DNA of 64,000 bases from Hormiphora californensis (lineage: Eukaryota; Animalia; Ctenophora). Positions within the stretch are counted from its first letter, which is position 1, and each line of letters starts with the position of its first letter. The translations under genes and the position numbers were made by a program. Shown piece after piece: positions 46,185-60,800 of the stretch. The stretch covers positions 3,162,001-3,226,000 of the forward strand of contig CM035361.1 of NCBI GenBank assembly GCA_020137815.1, given 5' to 3'. The notes under the pieces were generated by a model. That model made no database searches and was not told where the DNA came from. It saw only the letters and a list, made by a program, of their open reading frames with translations.

Positions 46185-49012
46185 CTAAACTTGCGGCTTC
46201 CTCTTTTTCTTTTTTGTCTTCCCTAAACTGCTTGGTTTGACACTTTTCAATTTCTCTTTCACTTCATCGTCTGTCTTTGTTTTCTTTGTATTCTGTTTAC
46301 TCTCACCCCCATCACTCTGCCCATTTCGCTTCTTCCTCCCGATCACAGTAGTATCACCATCCCCTTGTTTCCTTTCCTTCTTTACATCGCTCCTGAACGT
46401 CTTTCTCTCTCCAACCTTTTCCCTGTTTCTCTCTCTCATCTTCCCAAAGTCATGGGTATCCAAATGCAGCACGGCCTCCCTCATTGCCAGCGTTACAGGC
46501 TGCATTAGCTTTGTGGATTCATCGTCTGGCATTTCTCGCTCTGTCATTTTAACTCCTGGGGAGAGTGGATGTAAGAAATATATGGAAGAGAGAGGATGTG
46601 AGAATATATGGGGGAGAGAGGAGAGCTAGAGGAGAGGGGATGTGAGGGTCTCATAGTGAGATTATGGAGGTCAGAGGAGATGTGAGATTATAATATATGA
46701 TAACAGGGGGAAGAGACTGAAGGAAGAGAGAAGGAGAGAAACTAAGAGGATTAGAGTCTATAAATAAATGAAAATCAAAGACAGGTGGGCATCTGTCTGG
46801 TACAGTAATTATGACTAGGTATCCCCTTATTAGATGTGAATGTCTTCTGTTTTTCGACATGTACATTCTATTCGTTTCGTCGATCGAGAAATAATACAAC
46901 TTGTAATAACTTTTTACAGATTCTAGTATAATTAGTATAATAACTGACTGATAGATAAATTGATTAATTTTCAAGCAATAATTGTGACTTACCAGTTGCC
47001 TGTTCTATTGCTTTGACTCGTTCTATGTCATGTTGAGTTATAATCGTTACTGAGTTTCCACCTGCACCCGCCCTCGCTGTTCGACCAACCCTAACAGAGA
47101 AAACGGCATTAGTAACGGTATTATAGTTCAGTATATTAAATATTAGACTGGTAATTTATTGAGGGGTTATCCATCAGTTATGTAGTAACAATTGACTTGG
47201 GAGATATTTAACCATTTGGAAATTGCCCCTCCCCCGACTCCCATCAACAGACAACAAGTCCCCCCGCAATACCCCTGTCCCATAATTTTCTGTTAATCTG
47301 TGAATGTATCCCATTCTTCCAAATCCAATACCCACACCCCCTCCCGTAATACCTCCGCCCCATTTTCTACTTACGTGTGAATATAGCTCATTCTTCCACC
47401 AATACCCCCCCCCCCCCGCAATAACTCCGCCCATGTTTTATTTACCTGTGAATATAGTCAGTGGATGATGATGGGGTGTTGTAGTTGATTACGTGACCAA
47501 CTGTTGGAATATCCAAACCTCTACTAGCCACATCTGTAGCTACCTGGAAATAGGGGGTAAAATAGAATATATATCCCGCGAGTGCACATATCATTCCCGC
47601 TGTGCGCGACCATGTGCACGGTGAAATTTGCACTGTGCTTCCGCGGGAGCGTGCAGATATAGAGGTAGCGGGATATAAGTGAGAAAAGTGTTCTCGCAGT
47701 GTTTTTACACCTTATTCACACACAAACACACAAAATATGACTGACAAGGTACAACACGACACACAGTCTGCCATTTTACACTCACTCTCCCTCTTTCTCT
47801 TTCTAATTATCCCCTTACCACGTTTTGTTGTTTGCTATTTCCAAGAATTCCAATCTCCCTCTCTCGTATCTCTCTCATTATCTCTCTCTTCTTTTCACTG
47901 TTAAAACTGTCAAAACTAAGTCCTCTTGTGTGTAAAACATGTAGCAGTGTGTTTTAGTCTCTTTGTATGTGTTTTTGATTGGTTTGTCTATTGCTTTGTC
48001 ACATCTCTCTGTGTGTAACCACCCAAAATTTGATTGTTTTACTTGTCATGTGTTTTCTCGCGGAATATATACTCAATAACGTCCTGCACGGCATGTGCAA
48101 GCGCTCCTATATCGCACTCGTTTCACTCGTGCAATATAGGTGTGAAATGCACTCCAGCTGCGCTGTCGTGCATTTCACCTCCATATACGCTCTGCAGTGC
48201 AGAGCGTATATGGCGCGCTTGCACTGCGTGCAGAATGTTATGTACTATATATACATATACAATAACAAACACGAGTGTTTTAGAAAACAATTGTTTCACT
48301 ACCAGTGGCCTGGTAGATCATCAGTTCCGGAACTACAGTACTGCAGGAAAATTTCATTGCCCTGTCGAGTTCTCCTGAGGACGCAATCCCCACAAATCAC
48401 AGTGATATATATACATATATGTAGCTAACTTTGGGAGGGGGGTGGCGGGGTAGAGGAAGAAGAGGGAGATAAACTAAGGCCATCACTAATCAGTGGCCGG
48501 GGCGGGGTGGGGATAGGATGATAATTCATAGGAATACGAAAACAACCATTTTATAGAAGAACTATACTATTTGAAAGACATAAAGGTTCTTACCAGCAGT
48601 TTGACGACTCCACATTTAAATTTGGCGAGTGAGGAAAGACGTTCCTTTTGGGATAGAATTGAGTGAAGTGCTGTACAGGGAAATCCTAAAGCAGGAAATA
48701 CTTGTCATCAAACCAAAAAGTTAATTCAACTATTCAATTAATTAGTTAACTAACTGATTCACTAACTAACTGATTAACTAAACAATCACTGATTATAAGT
48801 TGTATTCACTGATTATATTTATTAGTTATTTTGTAATTAACAACCTTACCCAACTTCTTAAGTCCAATAGTGAGAACTTGTGCTGATTTACAAGAGTGTG
48901 TAAACACAATACAACTATCATCATCTCCCACCACAGTCTGGACAGTATGAGCTAGGGCTGTAGCTCGTAACATTTCTGGTACCAGCAGGTAACTCTGGGA
49001 TAGTGTCTCAAC
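46185..49012 (-). CDS. DDX49: DEAD-box RNA helicase DDX49/Dbp8, C-terminal five exons only
   Basis: Exons approx. 48850-49012, 48594-48686, 47446-47543, 46993-47090, 46185-46555: [56 protein letters not shown], Lys-rich tail. N-terminal exons not found in the window. Confidence 0.85.
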
Positions 49013-49692
49013 CTAGGAGAACAGAGGAGATATTTAAATAGTTTGGGAAGGGGCAATATTTATATTGTTTTGAGCGGTACGGAGGGGTTAAGAGGTGATA
49101 TTTCTTGGGGAGGGGGAGGGGGAAGGGGCAATATTTATATTATTCTGATCGGTATGGAGGGGCTACGATTGTCTCAGCCTGGGAGAGAAAATGGATTAAA
49201 AGAGTAAGAGGTTTAGAGCTGAGATTTAAAGGGAAAGGGGAGTCATTTTGGGCCATCAAACATTAGGATGATAACAGCTGGGATAAAAGCTAGAGGGTTA
49301 TATGTGGGATAATAACTCAAGGGAGAGATGTTAATGAACGTGGGAAAGTATTGTCTTATGGCTCTCCAAAAATAGCTCTCCCAAAAAGAGTATTTAAAAG
49401 TCATGTTGCCATGGTAACCACTGAGTTTAAAGCACCTACTGAACATATATCTAGCCGATGATTTACATATTATGACTTTATATCTTTCTCTTTCCATCGT
49501 TAAACTATCAAACTCTTCATTTTCATTCCCTTTTTCTACCATTCCAAAATATATTCGCTAAGTCTTATTTCAAATAAATTAGTGCTTGAAACTTCGATGA
49601 TATTTCTTCTCTTATCTAACAAGTTTTAAACTACCCTCGCCCGATTCACCAATAGTGTTGAACAGTACAGTCAAAGACTTGGAACTAGCAAG

Positions 49693-50893
49693 ATGTTTCG
49701 TCTTGTGATTCCACTAATCATCGCAGCTTGCCTCTGGAGATCTTCACTATGCTCAGGTTTGTCAAAATATTTTTATTAAAGATGCATAAAAGTGCTGGAC
49801 GGATAACTACCGATGCTTACACAGTGCTGGTGACTAATACAAAATTAAATTTATTGTTATCATTTTTCAGGTGAAGATTGGAAGGTGCTTGAGTTTGGTA
49901 AAAACATCCCATGGAATTGGGAGAAGATACCTGTCCAAATCAAGACAGATTCTGTGGTCGGAAGTGATCATCTAATCGGTATCGATATGATTAAAGAAAG
50001 TAATAAATATGTCGAAGGAATTGCAATAAAGTTCTCATCTCCTATCAAGTTCTGGATGGCATACTGTACTTCGTTGAATGGATATTCTACAGTCTACACA
50101 GATCTACCAGTGCAGCCTCCTGATGAGGTCGATAAAATATGGACCTTCACTAAAACAGATTCGGCCCTGATAGTAACTTGCAATGCTGTAGAGGTTCTCA
50201 ATTACGAATTTGGAACCAGTAAATTCACCAATTGTGTTCCAAAATGGGGAGGAAATATCACCGCGAAAATTTTGTTTGATAAAACATGGAATTCAGCATC
50301 TGACTTCTACAGAGCAGGTAGAATTCCATTCCTAGGAATGTTAAATTTGGACTAATAATTCTCTGAGAAAAATATCACATCGTCTCTCATTTTTCTAGAA
50401 CCGAATTCATGTGTTGGCTTCGTTGTAACCGGAACAAAATAAGGTACTTGGGAAACTACTACAGCTGGTGTAACGGTTACTGTTGAATGTCTGAAAAACT
50501 ATGTTTTGATAGGAACAGCAACATTGACCTGTCAGAGTGATGGAACTTGGTCAAGTGAAGCACCAACGTGTCGGGAAGTTGGTAAGTTCATTTTGTATAA
50601 TAGTGTTTTAGGACTAAAATCGGGGTCCGACTGTACCATAGTTCCCAGAGGCAAAATCTTTAATTTTTTCCAACTAAACCTTCCAATGTTATTCAAATCA
50701 TTTTATATTCCAGTGGTGAGTGACTGTCCCGGTTTCACGGTTAATGGATCGAAAACAACAGTGCCGAATTCGGATATAGATGTCATAGTAACTGTTGAAT
50801 GTCAAAGGACACATGTTCTGATAGGGGCGGCAACATTGACATGTCAGAGTGATGGAACTTGGTCAAGTGAAGCACCAACGTGTCGGGAAGTTG
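49693..50893 (+). CDS. Cassette 3: leader + variable domain + Sushi (in-frame TAA at 50440) + Sushi
   Basis: Exons 49693-49756, 49871-50317, 50399-50581, 50714-50893. Confidence 0.8.
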
Positions 50894-51116
50894 GTAAGTT
50901 AATCGGGCGGGAGTTGAGTGGACTAAAAGTCTAAAGAATATACAAAGACTCTTGGTAAGTTTATCAGGGATTGAACCTTTAGTGTTAGTGTTGTAACTTC
51001 AAAAGTGTTTAGGGGCACTTTTGTTGTTTACTACTGACACTATTAATTGTATAGATGTATTTATTAATTTAGTTAGGTCAAAAAGCGATGAGAGAGAGAG
51101 AAAGAGAGAGAAAGAG

Positions 51117-51147
<31 letters not shown>

Positions 51148-51332
51148 GAGAGAAAGAGAGAGAAAGAGAGAGGGGTAGAGCGAGGGAGAGCGAGAGAGAG
51201 ATATATAGAGAGCTAGATAGAGAGCTAGAGAGAGAGCTCATAGAGATAGAGCGCATCATCGCTATTCGCATTCGCTTTCTCATCTCGATCATTTCTCTCT
51301 CTATCTCTGCTATCTCTCTCTCTTCTCTCTCG

Positions 51333-51363
<31 letters not shown>

Positions 51364-51742
51364 CTCTCCCTCTCTCTCTCTTCTCTGCTCTCTCTCCTCT
51401 CTCTCTCTCTCTTCTCTCTCTCTCTCCCTCGCTCTCATCCATCTCGTCCCCTCGATTCTATATCTAGTCTCTATTTCTACTGCCGTGGTCTGCCAGAGGT
51501 ATTTTCTAATAGCTCGCCTAAAATAGCTCTCCCAAAAAATTAATGTTGTCATGGTAACCATTGAGTATAAAGCACGTACTGAACATGTCTAGCCGATGAT
51601 TACTATATTAAGGCCTCCATATAATCTTTCTCTTTCCATCGTTAAGTAAGTCAATTAAGCCATCGTTAAACTATCAAACTCTTCACTTTCATTCCCTATC
51701 TTTTCAATACCTTTTTCTTTTTCTTCCATTCCAATATATATT

Positions 51743-51807
51743 GGCTCAGTACTTTAAGTGGCCACGAAACTTAATATAAGTCTCGTGGCCACTTAAAGTG
51801 CTGAGCC
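51743..51807. repeat. 65-bp imperfect palindrome inserted upstream of cassette 4 (absent upstream of cassette 3)
   Basis: ggctcagtactttaagtggccacga...tcgtggccacttaaagtgctgagcc. Confidence 0.75.
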
Positions 51808-51958
51808 GGCCGCCGGGTACCCATTAAATTCTTATTTCAAACAAAGTGCTTGAAACTTAGATGACATTTCTTCTCTTATCTAACAAGTTTTAAACTATCT
51901 TCACCCGATTCACCAATATAGCGTACAATAACACAGCCAACGACTTGGAACTAGCAAG

Positions 51959-53239
51959 ATGTTTCGTCTTGTGATTCCACTAATCATAGCCGCTTGCTTC
52001 TGGAGATCTTCACTATGCTCAGGTTAGTAAAAAAGTTCTAGGCAAAGCTGTATAGAGCTTTTAAAACGACGCCCTTGGGGTGATTTATTAAAGACTATTT
52101 AAGAGGTATAAAACATTCAGTGCTGAATTGGACTGGTTATCGCTTGTAAAACAGTGCTAGTTACTTTAAAAAATCAAACAATTATTTTTCCTTTTTCAGA
52201 TCATGATGGTTGGATGGAGCTTGAGTTTGATGAAGATATCCCATGGAAGTGGGAGGAGATACCTCTCCAAATCAAGACAGATTCTGTGGTCGGAAGCTAT
52301 GATGAAATAAGTATCGATATGGGGAGACCAGATTACGTATCAGGAATCGTAATAGAATTCTCATCTCCTATCACGTTCTGGATGGCATACTGTACTTCTA
52401 AGGATGATGATGCCCCAGATTTTTACGAAGACCTTCCAGTGCAGCCTCCTGATGAGGTCGATAAGATCTGGACCTTCACTAAAACAGATTCGGCCCTAAT
52501 AGTAACTTGCAATGCTGTAGAGGTTCTCAATTATGTATTTTCAACCAGTAAATTCAGCGACTGTGTTCCAAACTGGCGAGGAAATACCACCGAGAGCATT
52601 TATTTTGATGTAGATTGGAATTCAGCATCCGACTTCTACAGAGCAGGTAAAATATCCTAGGATGTCTTATTTAAACTCATAATAAGCAATTTTCTAAATA
52701 AGATCACAATATCTTCTCTTATTTTTCCAGAATATTGTCTTAGCTTTGAGGTAGAAAATTCACAAGTTGGTCCTTGGGAAACTACCACAGCTGGTGAAAC
52801 GGTTACTGTTGAATGTCTGGAAAACTATGTTTTGAAAGGAGCAGCAACTTTGACTTGTCAGAGTGATGGAACTTGGTCAAGTAGAATACCAACCTGTCAT
52901 AGATTTGGTAAGTTCATTGTATATAAAAGTGTTTTAGGACTCAAATCGGGGTCCGACTGTACCATAGTTTAATTAACCCTCCTAGAGGCAAAATCTTTAA
53001 CTTTTTTCCAACTAACCCTTCCAATACAATGTTATTCAAATCATCATTTTATATTCCAGTGGTAAGTGGATGTCCCAGTTTCACGGTTAATGGATCGGAA
53101 ACAAAAGTGCCGAATTCGGATATAGATGCTGTAGTAACTGTTGAATGTCAGAAGACGCGTGTTCTGATGGGAGAAGGAATATTGACTTGTCAGAGTGATA
53201 GAACTTGGTCAAGTGAAGTACCGGCCTGTCAGTATATTG
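51959..53239 (+). CDS. Cassette 4: leader + variable domain + 2 Sushi
   Basis: Exons 51959-52022, 52200-52646, 52731-52907, 53060-53239; phase 1. Confidence 0.85.
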
Positions 53240-54363
53240 GTAAGTGTCCCAAGGAGGGAATTTGGGGGGGGGGTGGATGGTTGATGGGTCTAAAATTCGG
53301 TTCTGGGATATGATCCAGCAAGAAAAAGACTCCTATCGTTAAATTGGTAAGTTCGTTGGAGACTTGAGGATGCTATAGGCTTTTTGGTGTTAGTGTTGTA
53401 ACTTCCAAAGTGCTTAGGGAACACTTTTGTTGTTTACTGTCTAGACTCAATTTGTATGTATGTAGGATTTTATTATGCCTATAAGTTGTACCTGAAAACT
53501 TATAACACGAGACCGAAGGTCGAGTGTTATAAGTACAACAATAATGATCCGAGACCACAGGTCGAGGCAGATTCTTGTACTTTAGTGCACGAGCCTGCGA
53601 GTGCCACTAAGTCTAACTACCTCACGAGCCTGCGAGTGATGTAGTTTTACTTTTTGACCGAGCCTGCGAGGTCTAAAAGTGTAAGAATCTGGGACATTAT
53701 TGTTGACGTCAGGTACAACGAAAATAGGCATAATAAAATTGCATTGTAAAATTTTTTAAACAAGAGTGAGAGACGTAACAAAAGAACGAATTCATGATAA
53801 GGTAGCAGGCAGAGATATCAGTATAAGATAAGATAACGCCTGAGAGTGAGAGTGAGAGAGATAAAGAATGTGTGGGTCCGGGAGTTCGTAACTGTTATCT
53901 TGATATCGGTGCTGCAACGGCTTGAGAGTGTGACATAAAGAAAGAGAGGGGGAGAGGGAGAGGGGGGGGGGGAGTTCGTACACGCATATCTTTCCAACGG
54001 TTTTTAAGTGTGACAGAAACAGTGGAGTAAGGAGTTCGAAGTGCAGCGGTGTTATAAGTTTTCATGTATCACTGGGGGGTGTTATAAGTGAAAACTTATA
54101 ACACTGGGGGGTGTTATAAGTAACAACTTATAACACTGGGCAGTGTTATAAGTTGTACAAGCAGTGATACCTAAAGATTTATAGCATGTACCAAAATTTT
54201 ACAATGTAACGTTTATGTTAGATAAATAAAAGGTTTGTAGACGTGAGACTGTGGAAGCAATTACGTAGAGTAAGTAGGAGCTCCGGATCATCGCAGATGT
54301 TTGGAACTTGGTTATGTCAGAAATCAGAGGACAGGTAAGTTGGGAGTAGTAGTGACATAGATT

Positions 54364-54398
<35 letters not shown>

Positions 54399-54403
54399 AT
54401 CTT

Positions 54404-54528
<125 letters not shown>

Positions 54529-54544
54529 CTCTCTCTCCCATTCT

Positions 54545-54970
54545 TTCTCTCTAACCGCCCATTACCTCCGATGGGCGGTTAGAGAACAGGGTGCACCCTG
54601 TTCTCTCTATAAGGATAGACAGACACAAATAACACTGCAATTCTTCGTAGCGTTCTGAAGGTGAATAGGAGGGAGAGATACATACCAAATACTGTGCAAA
54701 GCCCCTCCCTTTTCTCTCTAACCGCCCATCGGAGGTAATGGGGGGAGACAGTTTTTTATAGCGTTCTGAAGGTGAATAGGAGGGAGAGATACATACCAAA
54801 TACTGTGCAAAACCCCACCCTTTTCTCTCTAACCGCCCATTACCTCCGATGGGCGGTTAGAGAGAACAGGGTGGGGTTTTGCACACTATTTGGTATGTAT
54901 CTCTCCCTCCTATTCACCTTCAGAACGCTACGAAGAATTGCAGTGTTATTTTTCTCTGTCTATCCTTTTC
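54545..54970. repeat. Hairpin-element array upstream of cassette 5
   Basis: Near-identical to 40360-41050; the following 54970-55530 matches 41060-41545. Confidence 0.85.
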
Positions 54971-57822
54971 TTTCTATAACTGCCCTTTACTCTGAGCTAC
55001 TGAAGTTGGTGCTGCAGTTGATCTCGCTGAGACTGCTGGAAATAAATTACTCTGAAAGGAGTCGTCTGATGATATGATTCCTCTCGGCTTCTCTAAATTA
55101 ATCTATCTCTCTCACACGGGATCGGGCATGGTATCCAAACCTCACATTACCAATAAATGTAAACCATCTTTAGCTTCGTACGCACTGCATTTTCCAGGAG
55201 TTTTGCACCTTTTTAACCCTCTATGATGTCTATAACTCTTTTAATCTGTTTTAGCCCTATTTTATTTTTCGTCACCATAGGCCGGCTGGCTGAGTTTGAC
55301 AGACTCTCAAAACCTTTTATACTCCCAATCATCATGAATTTCCCGAAGTCATAAAGATCCGAAACCACAGGTAGACAGTTATACCTAGAATTATTTGTTG
55401 GTGTTGATCCGAACCCTAAAGAAGCTTGCGCTGTGATGTCATTTTATGAAACAATATGAAGGTGTGAGCCACACAAATTGATGCTTCTTTTTATTCCGTT
55501 TTCTACATCTCTCTACCTTTTTCCCAAAGCTAAACTTAGCTTCGTCAGCTGAGTCCCGTTAGCTAGCTCTCTCTCTCTCTCTCCCTCTAGTCTCTCTATC
55601 TCTGGTTTGGTTTGGTTTGGTAGTACTACGGTATAGCCACTGAGCAGCAAGCTACTGTCGGCACCGTTATAATAATAATAGGTAATAATATGGAAAGACA
55701 CGGAGGAAGACTCAGATGTTCAGTACCATCGTTTTGCCTAGCCTCCGGATATAGTAAGGGATTTTGAAAAGTGTAAGATTTCATTGTGAGATTGAGAAGA
55801 GGGTCAGAACTATGGAAGGGATTTTGGCTGGCTCTAGATCCCTATATCCTGGGGAGTAGAACGGGATACCGGCCAGTGGTCACGACCGACTGCAGACGAC
55901 CGTCTGAGCCGACCGACACGGATACGTGTGTAGGAGCACGTGAAGCAATTAAAGAAAGTATATAGTACTTAATAAACCTAGACATGTAAACATGTAACTT
56001 AACAATCATGCTGAATAAAAGGTTAATAAGAGCCTTCCCCGAAGGGAAAAGATTGCAGTCATAATGTCTGTACCCGGGTCTGTCCCCAACCCTCTCGATC
56101 TCTTAATTCTCAACCTCCCCGCTCGATCTCAATTCCCCTGCTCAAACTCCCTGCTCAATCTCCAGCTTGGGTATGTATTATATATAAAATATGGTAGATA
56201 TATATAAATGGTAATATGTAGGGATATATAGATATGGGTAGGATATATAGGTATAAAATGGAATGAATAGGAGTATAAAGTATCCTGCCAGAGCCTAGAA
56301 GGGGAGAGGCTCCAATTACACGAGAATCCAACACGTGATCGGTGATCCATATCCAATTCAACCATCGGCCTGCTGCTATGATATCTTGTATGTTCGTGGA
56401 AGATGGAAGAGAGGAGAGAGAGAGAGAGAGATAGAGAGAGGATAGAGATAGAGAGAGAGAGATAGAGATATAGAGGAGAAAAGAGAGAGAGAGAGTAGAG
56501 AGAGGGATAAGAGAGAGAGAGAAGGGAGGAGAGAAGGTGAGGAGAGAAAGAGAGAGAAAACTCAAAAGGGATCGAAAGGGGGATGAATGGAATTAATGCC
56601 GCTAATCAGGGGGATGATCCCGTACCATTGCACGAACAGATAAGGCGGTCTAGACAGGGGGCGGGGGAAGAGAGCGACCCTACATACAGAGAACCCAACC
56701 GAGAACCCAACCGAGAAATGAAAACCGGATACAACAAACAACCCGAGAAAACCCTTAAACTGGGAAAAATGCCTAAAGAAGGGTAAAAAACGAAGGAAAA
56801 GGGGAAGAAATGACCAGTGAAATGTGAATGAAAATGAAAATATGCAGAAGATACAGAACTGGAATGAGAAGAATAAGGAATGAAAACAAAATATATGAAA
56901 ATGAGAATATAAAATGACTGTGTAAAACCCTAAATAAGAACGGAAAGCAAAAAGGTACAGACAGATACACAAGGGGGAAATACTGACTATAAACGGACTC
57001 ACTAAAATAGGTAGACGGGAAATAAAAAGACCCTGACGAGTAACGGACACACTAACTACTGGACAATTCAAGCAGACTGGTTCTTATCTGATTGTAGTTG
57101 CATCGTCCTGTTGATGTGGAGTCCTCCGATAGTTGATAGTTGAAGTAGAAATAGGTGTGGGACTCAGTTTTATTTATCAAAATGGAGTGGAAAATCCCCA
57201 TTTCAAAGAATTACTGTGCAAATTACGAGGAGGGGGACAGGAGCAAAATTTTCAAATGTGCAAGGACAGAACTCTCTCTCTCTATCTCTAGTGCCGATTC
57301 AGTTTGCTCTCCCTCTTTTCCATTCCTCACCCAGTGTGCAGTACTGATCGTTCCCTTCTCCTATTGGCTGAAAAGATGTCACGTGAGGAACACGCTATAG
57401 AGATGCTTTTTCTCTTACAATGTCTACTGTACAAATCTTGCTTTCTCCATTTTGGATTCCCAGATGATCTATGTAGCTGATTTTCTTCTCTTCCTTCCCT
57501 TCCCAAATAGTGGGCGGTAAAATGAAGATGTTTATAATAGACGTAAATAATTGATGTGGCCAAACATGCAGGTCTCCAAATATTAGGGACAGGCCGCAAA
57601 AATCACTCTTATTTTAGAATTTTTTGGCCATGCAGTGCATATATCATAATTTTTCACGAGGTGATAGAGACCGTTTCGCCTCCTCCAATCATTTTTGTCT
57701 ATTGTAACTTGCTGCCCCATCCTTCTATTTGTTACAGCCTATTAGTAAAACGAATTTTAAATTAAACCAAAACAATAATTGTTAGTGCTGAACAGTACAG
57801 TCAAAGACTTGGGACTAGCAAG

Positions 57823-60800
57823 ATGTTTCGTCTTGTGATTCCACTAATCATCGCGGCTTTCGTCTGGAGATCTTCGCTATGCTCAGGTATGTTAAAAAAA
57901 GCCAAGTTTTGAGAAAATAGCTGTTAAGAGTTTTAAAAATCACGTTTTTAAGTAAATAAGGAATATAATAAATGAGTGCTCAGCAGTCAACTAGAATGGT
58001 TACCGCTGGTTAGTAACCAGTGGTTACACAGTGAAAAAATATATGCCACACACATGTAATTACATGTGGGTGGCATGCATCTTTTGTGCGTACCATGCTA
58101 GTGTCTCCTGTTACTCTTCTGTTACTAGTACAATCATTTTTCCGGTTTTAGATGGCGATTGGAAGGTGCTTGAGTTTGAAAAATACATCCCATGGAAGTG
58201 GGAGGAGATACCTGTCCAAATCAAGACAGATTCTGAGGTCGGAAGCTATGATGAAATCGGTATCGATATGGGGAGACCAGATTATGTAACAGGAATTGCA
58301 ATAAAGTTCTCATCTCCTATCAAGTTTTGGATGGCATACTGCAATTCTGAGGAAAGAGACGAAGTCTTCACAGATCTTCCAGTGCAGCCTCCTAATAAGG
58401 TCGATAGGATCTGGACCTTCACTAAAACATATTCGGCCCTTATCATCACTTGCAATGATGTAGAGGTCCTCAATTATGAATTTGCAACCAGTGAATTTAG
58501 CGATTGTGTTCCAAAATGGGGTGGATATACCACCGATTACATATGGTTTTGGGAAATATGGAATACAGCTTCCGACTTCTACAGCGCAGGTAAAATTTTC
58601 TAGGATGTCTTATTTGGACTAATGATAAGCAATTTTCTAAAAAAGATAACATCTTTTCCTATTTTTCCAGGACCGAAGTCATGTCCTGGATTTGTGGTAC
58701 AAGGGGCAAAAGAATATTCTTGGCAAACTACTATTGGTGAAACGGTTACTGTAGAATGTCGGGAAAACCATGTTCTGAAAGGAGAAGCAACATTGACCTG
58801 TCAGAGTGATAGAACTTGGTCAAGTGAAGCACCAACGTGCCAGGAAATTGGTAAGATCAATTTTAGTGTCTTAAAACTCAATATTGAAATTTTTTAGAGT
58901 ATCCATCTGTGTTTTACAACTCAGCAAGTATTTTATAGGTATCATTACCTTCACCCTCTCCCCAGCAGTAACACCTGAACCTCCCTCTCCCCAGCGATAA
59001 CAACTGAATCTCCCTCTCCCCAGTGATAACACCAGGGCACCGTGAGGTAAAATCGGGCACTGAAACAGCACTGACATGCCTGGTAGAGGGTCCAACAATC
59101 GCTGTCACTTTTGAGTGGACAGACAGTTCAGCCTCCGCAGTGACTTCGGGAGTAGTCTCAGATACTAACAACGAACAGAAGAGTGTGTTAACTGGTAACA
59201 CCTACTGCAGACACAACTTATACGTGTGAATTAGTGATCGGAACAAACACAGCGAATATCCATCAAAACGACCATCAACATTAAAGTCTATGGTAAGTTA
59301 TATCTACCATGTCATTATTTTTTTGCTGAATTCTCTCTCTTACAGTGTCACTATGTTGAAATAATAAATCCCAACAGCTGTGACAATGACTGACCCGGAA
59401 GTAGCTCTAAATACAGCAGCAACGTTCAGCTGCGTAGTGTCAGAAGCATCCTCAAAACCAACTATTATCTGGAAAGACAGTGCTTCAAATGAAGTCACCT
59501 CAGCTTCAGGAGCTGAAGTTACCAAGACATCATTTTCTGGTGAGATTCTGTGTATACTATCATGGTTACCATTTGAAATTCGTATGTTACCATGCTTGTA
59601 TGTTACCATGGCCTGGTTACAATAAATGTTTTTAGGTGGAATTTATACTGGAACACTTGTCACTCCAGCGCTTACGGCAGACGTGACATATACCTGCAAT
59701 GTGAAGTCCGGTGAATATACGGACTCCCCTGCCAGTGACACTGTTGCAACAGCGTGGCCATTTTGTAAGTATTCCCTTGTCTCATATGAGACCCTCCTCT
59801 CCGCACCGGGCCGAAGGCCCGGTGCGGCTACGCGAGGCCGCGAAGCGGCCTCGCGTAGCGAGGTGTACAGCGGTGTACAGTCAGTGTAGGACAAGTATTC
59901 CCTATCTATTACACATCTATCTGTTCATTATCAAGGGTGCCCTCTCAAAGAATACATTACTGAATCCTTGTCAGGATCTGACTGTAATTCCGTGTAGCGG
60001 TCCTGAACACTGCCTTATTTACTTGTACATTGTACACATAACTTTCTTTCCAAATCTCTTTTTCTAATTCTGCATGTTTCCCCCATGTCAGCCGTGGTTG
60101 CAACCGCCAGTTATGTCATTGTCCACACTGGCATCGCCTCCTCCTTCGAGTGTACCGGAACGGGCAAGGATACATCAAAGATTGCTTGGGAAGTACCTGA
60201 ATCAGTATCAATTGATGGCAGTGAAACAGAAACCGGCGAGCACGACTCTCTGAAAAGCATATACCCGTTTAAATCGGCTACTTCGGGACTTGGTGCCACT
60301 GTCACTTGTTCCCTAACATACGATACTGACAAGGTTGCCAAGCAAGTGATTCAGCTGTATGTTGTGACGGTCTCCATGTCGGCTTACGAGGGAAAGATGT
60401 CTGGCGAGGTGGCTACCTTTACCTGTACCCACACTGCGGGGTATGTAGCGCCTGATGTGAAATTCTACAATGGTGACACTGAAATTACCACTGGTAAGTT
60501 ATGAATTAGATTTAGAGTCATTAGATTACATGAGCCACTGGAGTTACTATTAATTTTGTTGTACAAAATATCTAGTGTTGTAATTGCCCGCTTTTAGGTG
60601 TAAACAAAGCCAGTTCGACAGCGTGGCATTTAAAAATTTCGAAGTCTTCCTTTGGAAAGAACAATCTCAAGTGTACGGTGACTTACAAAGAGGAAACATC
60701 AAGAACTTATGACTTTAGTGCAGAATCTGCATTGTATGTACGAGGTACGTACCGAGGGTTCCGGGTTGTCAAACATTCTTTATTATTTGTATCCGTTACA

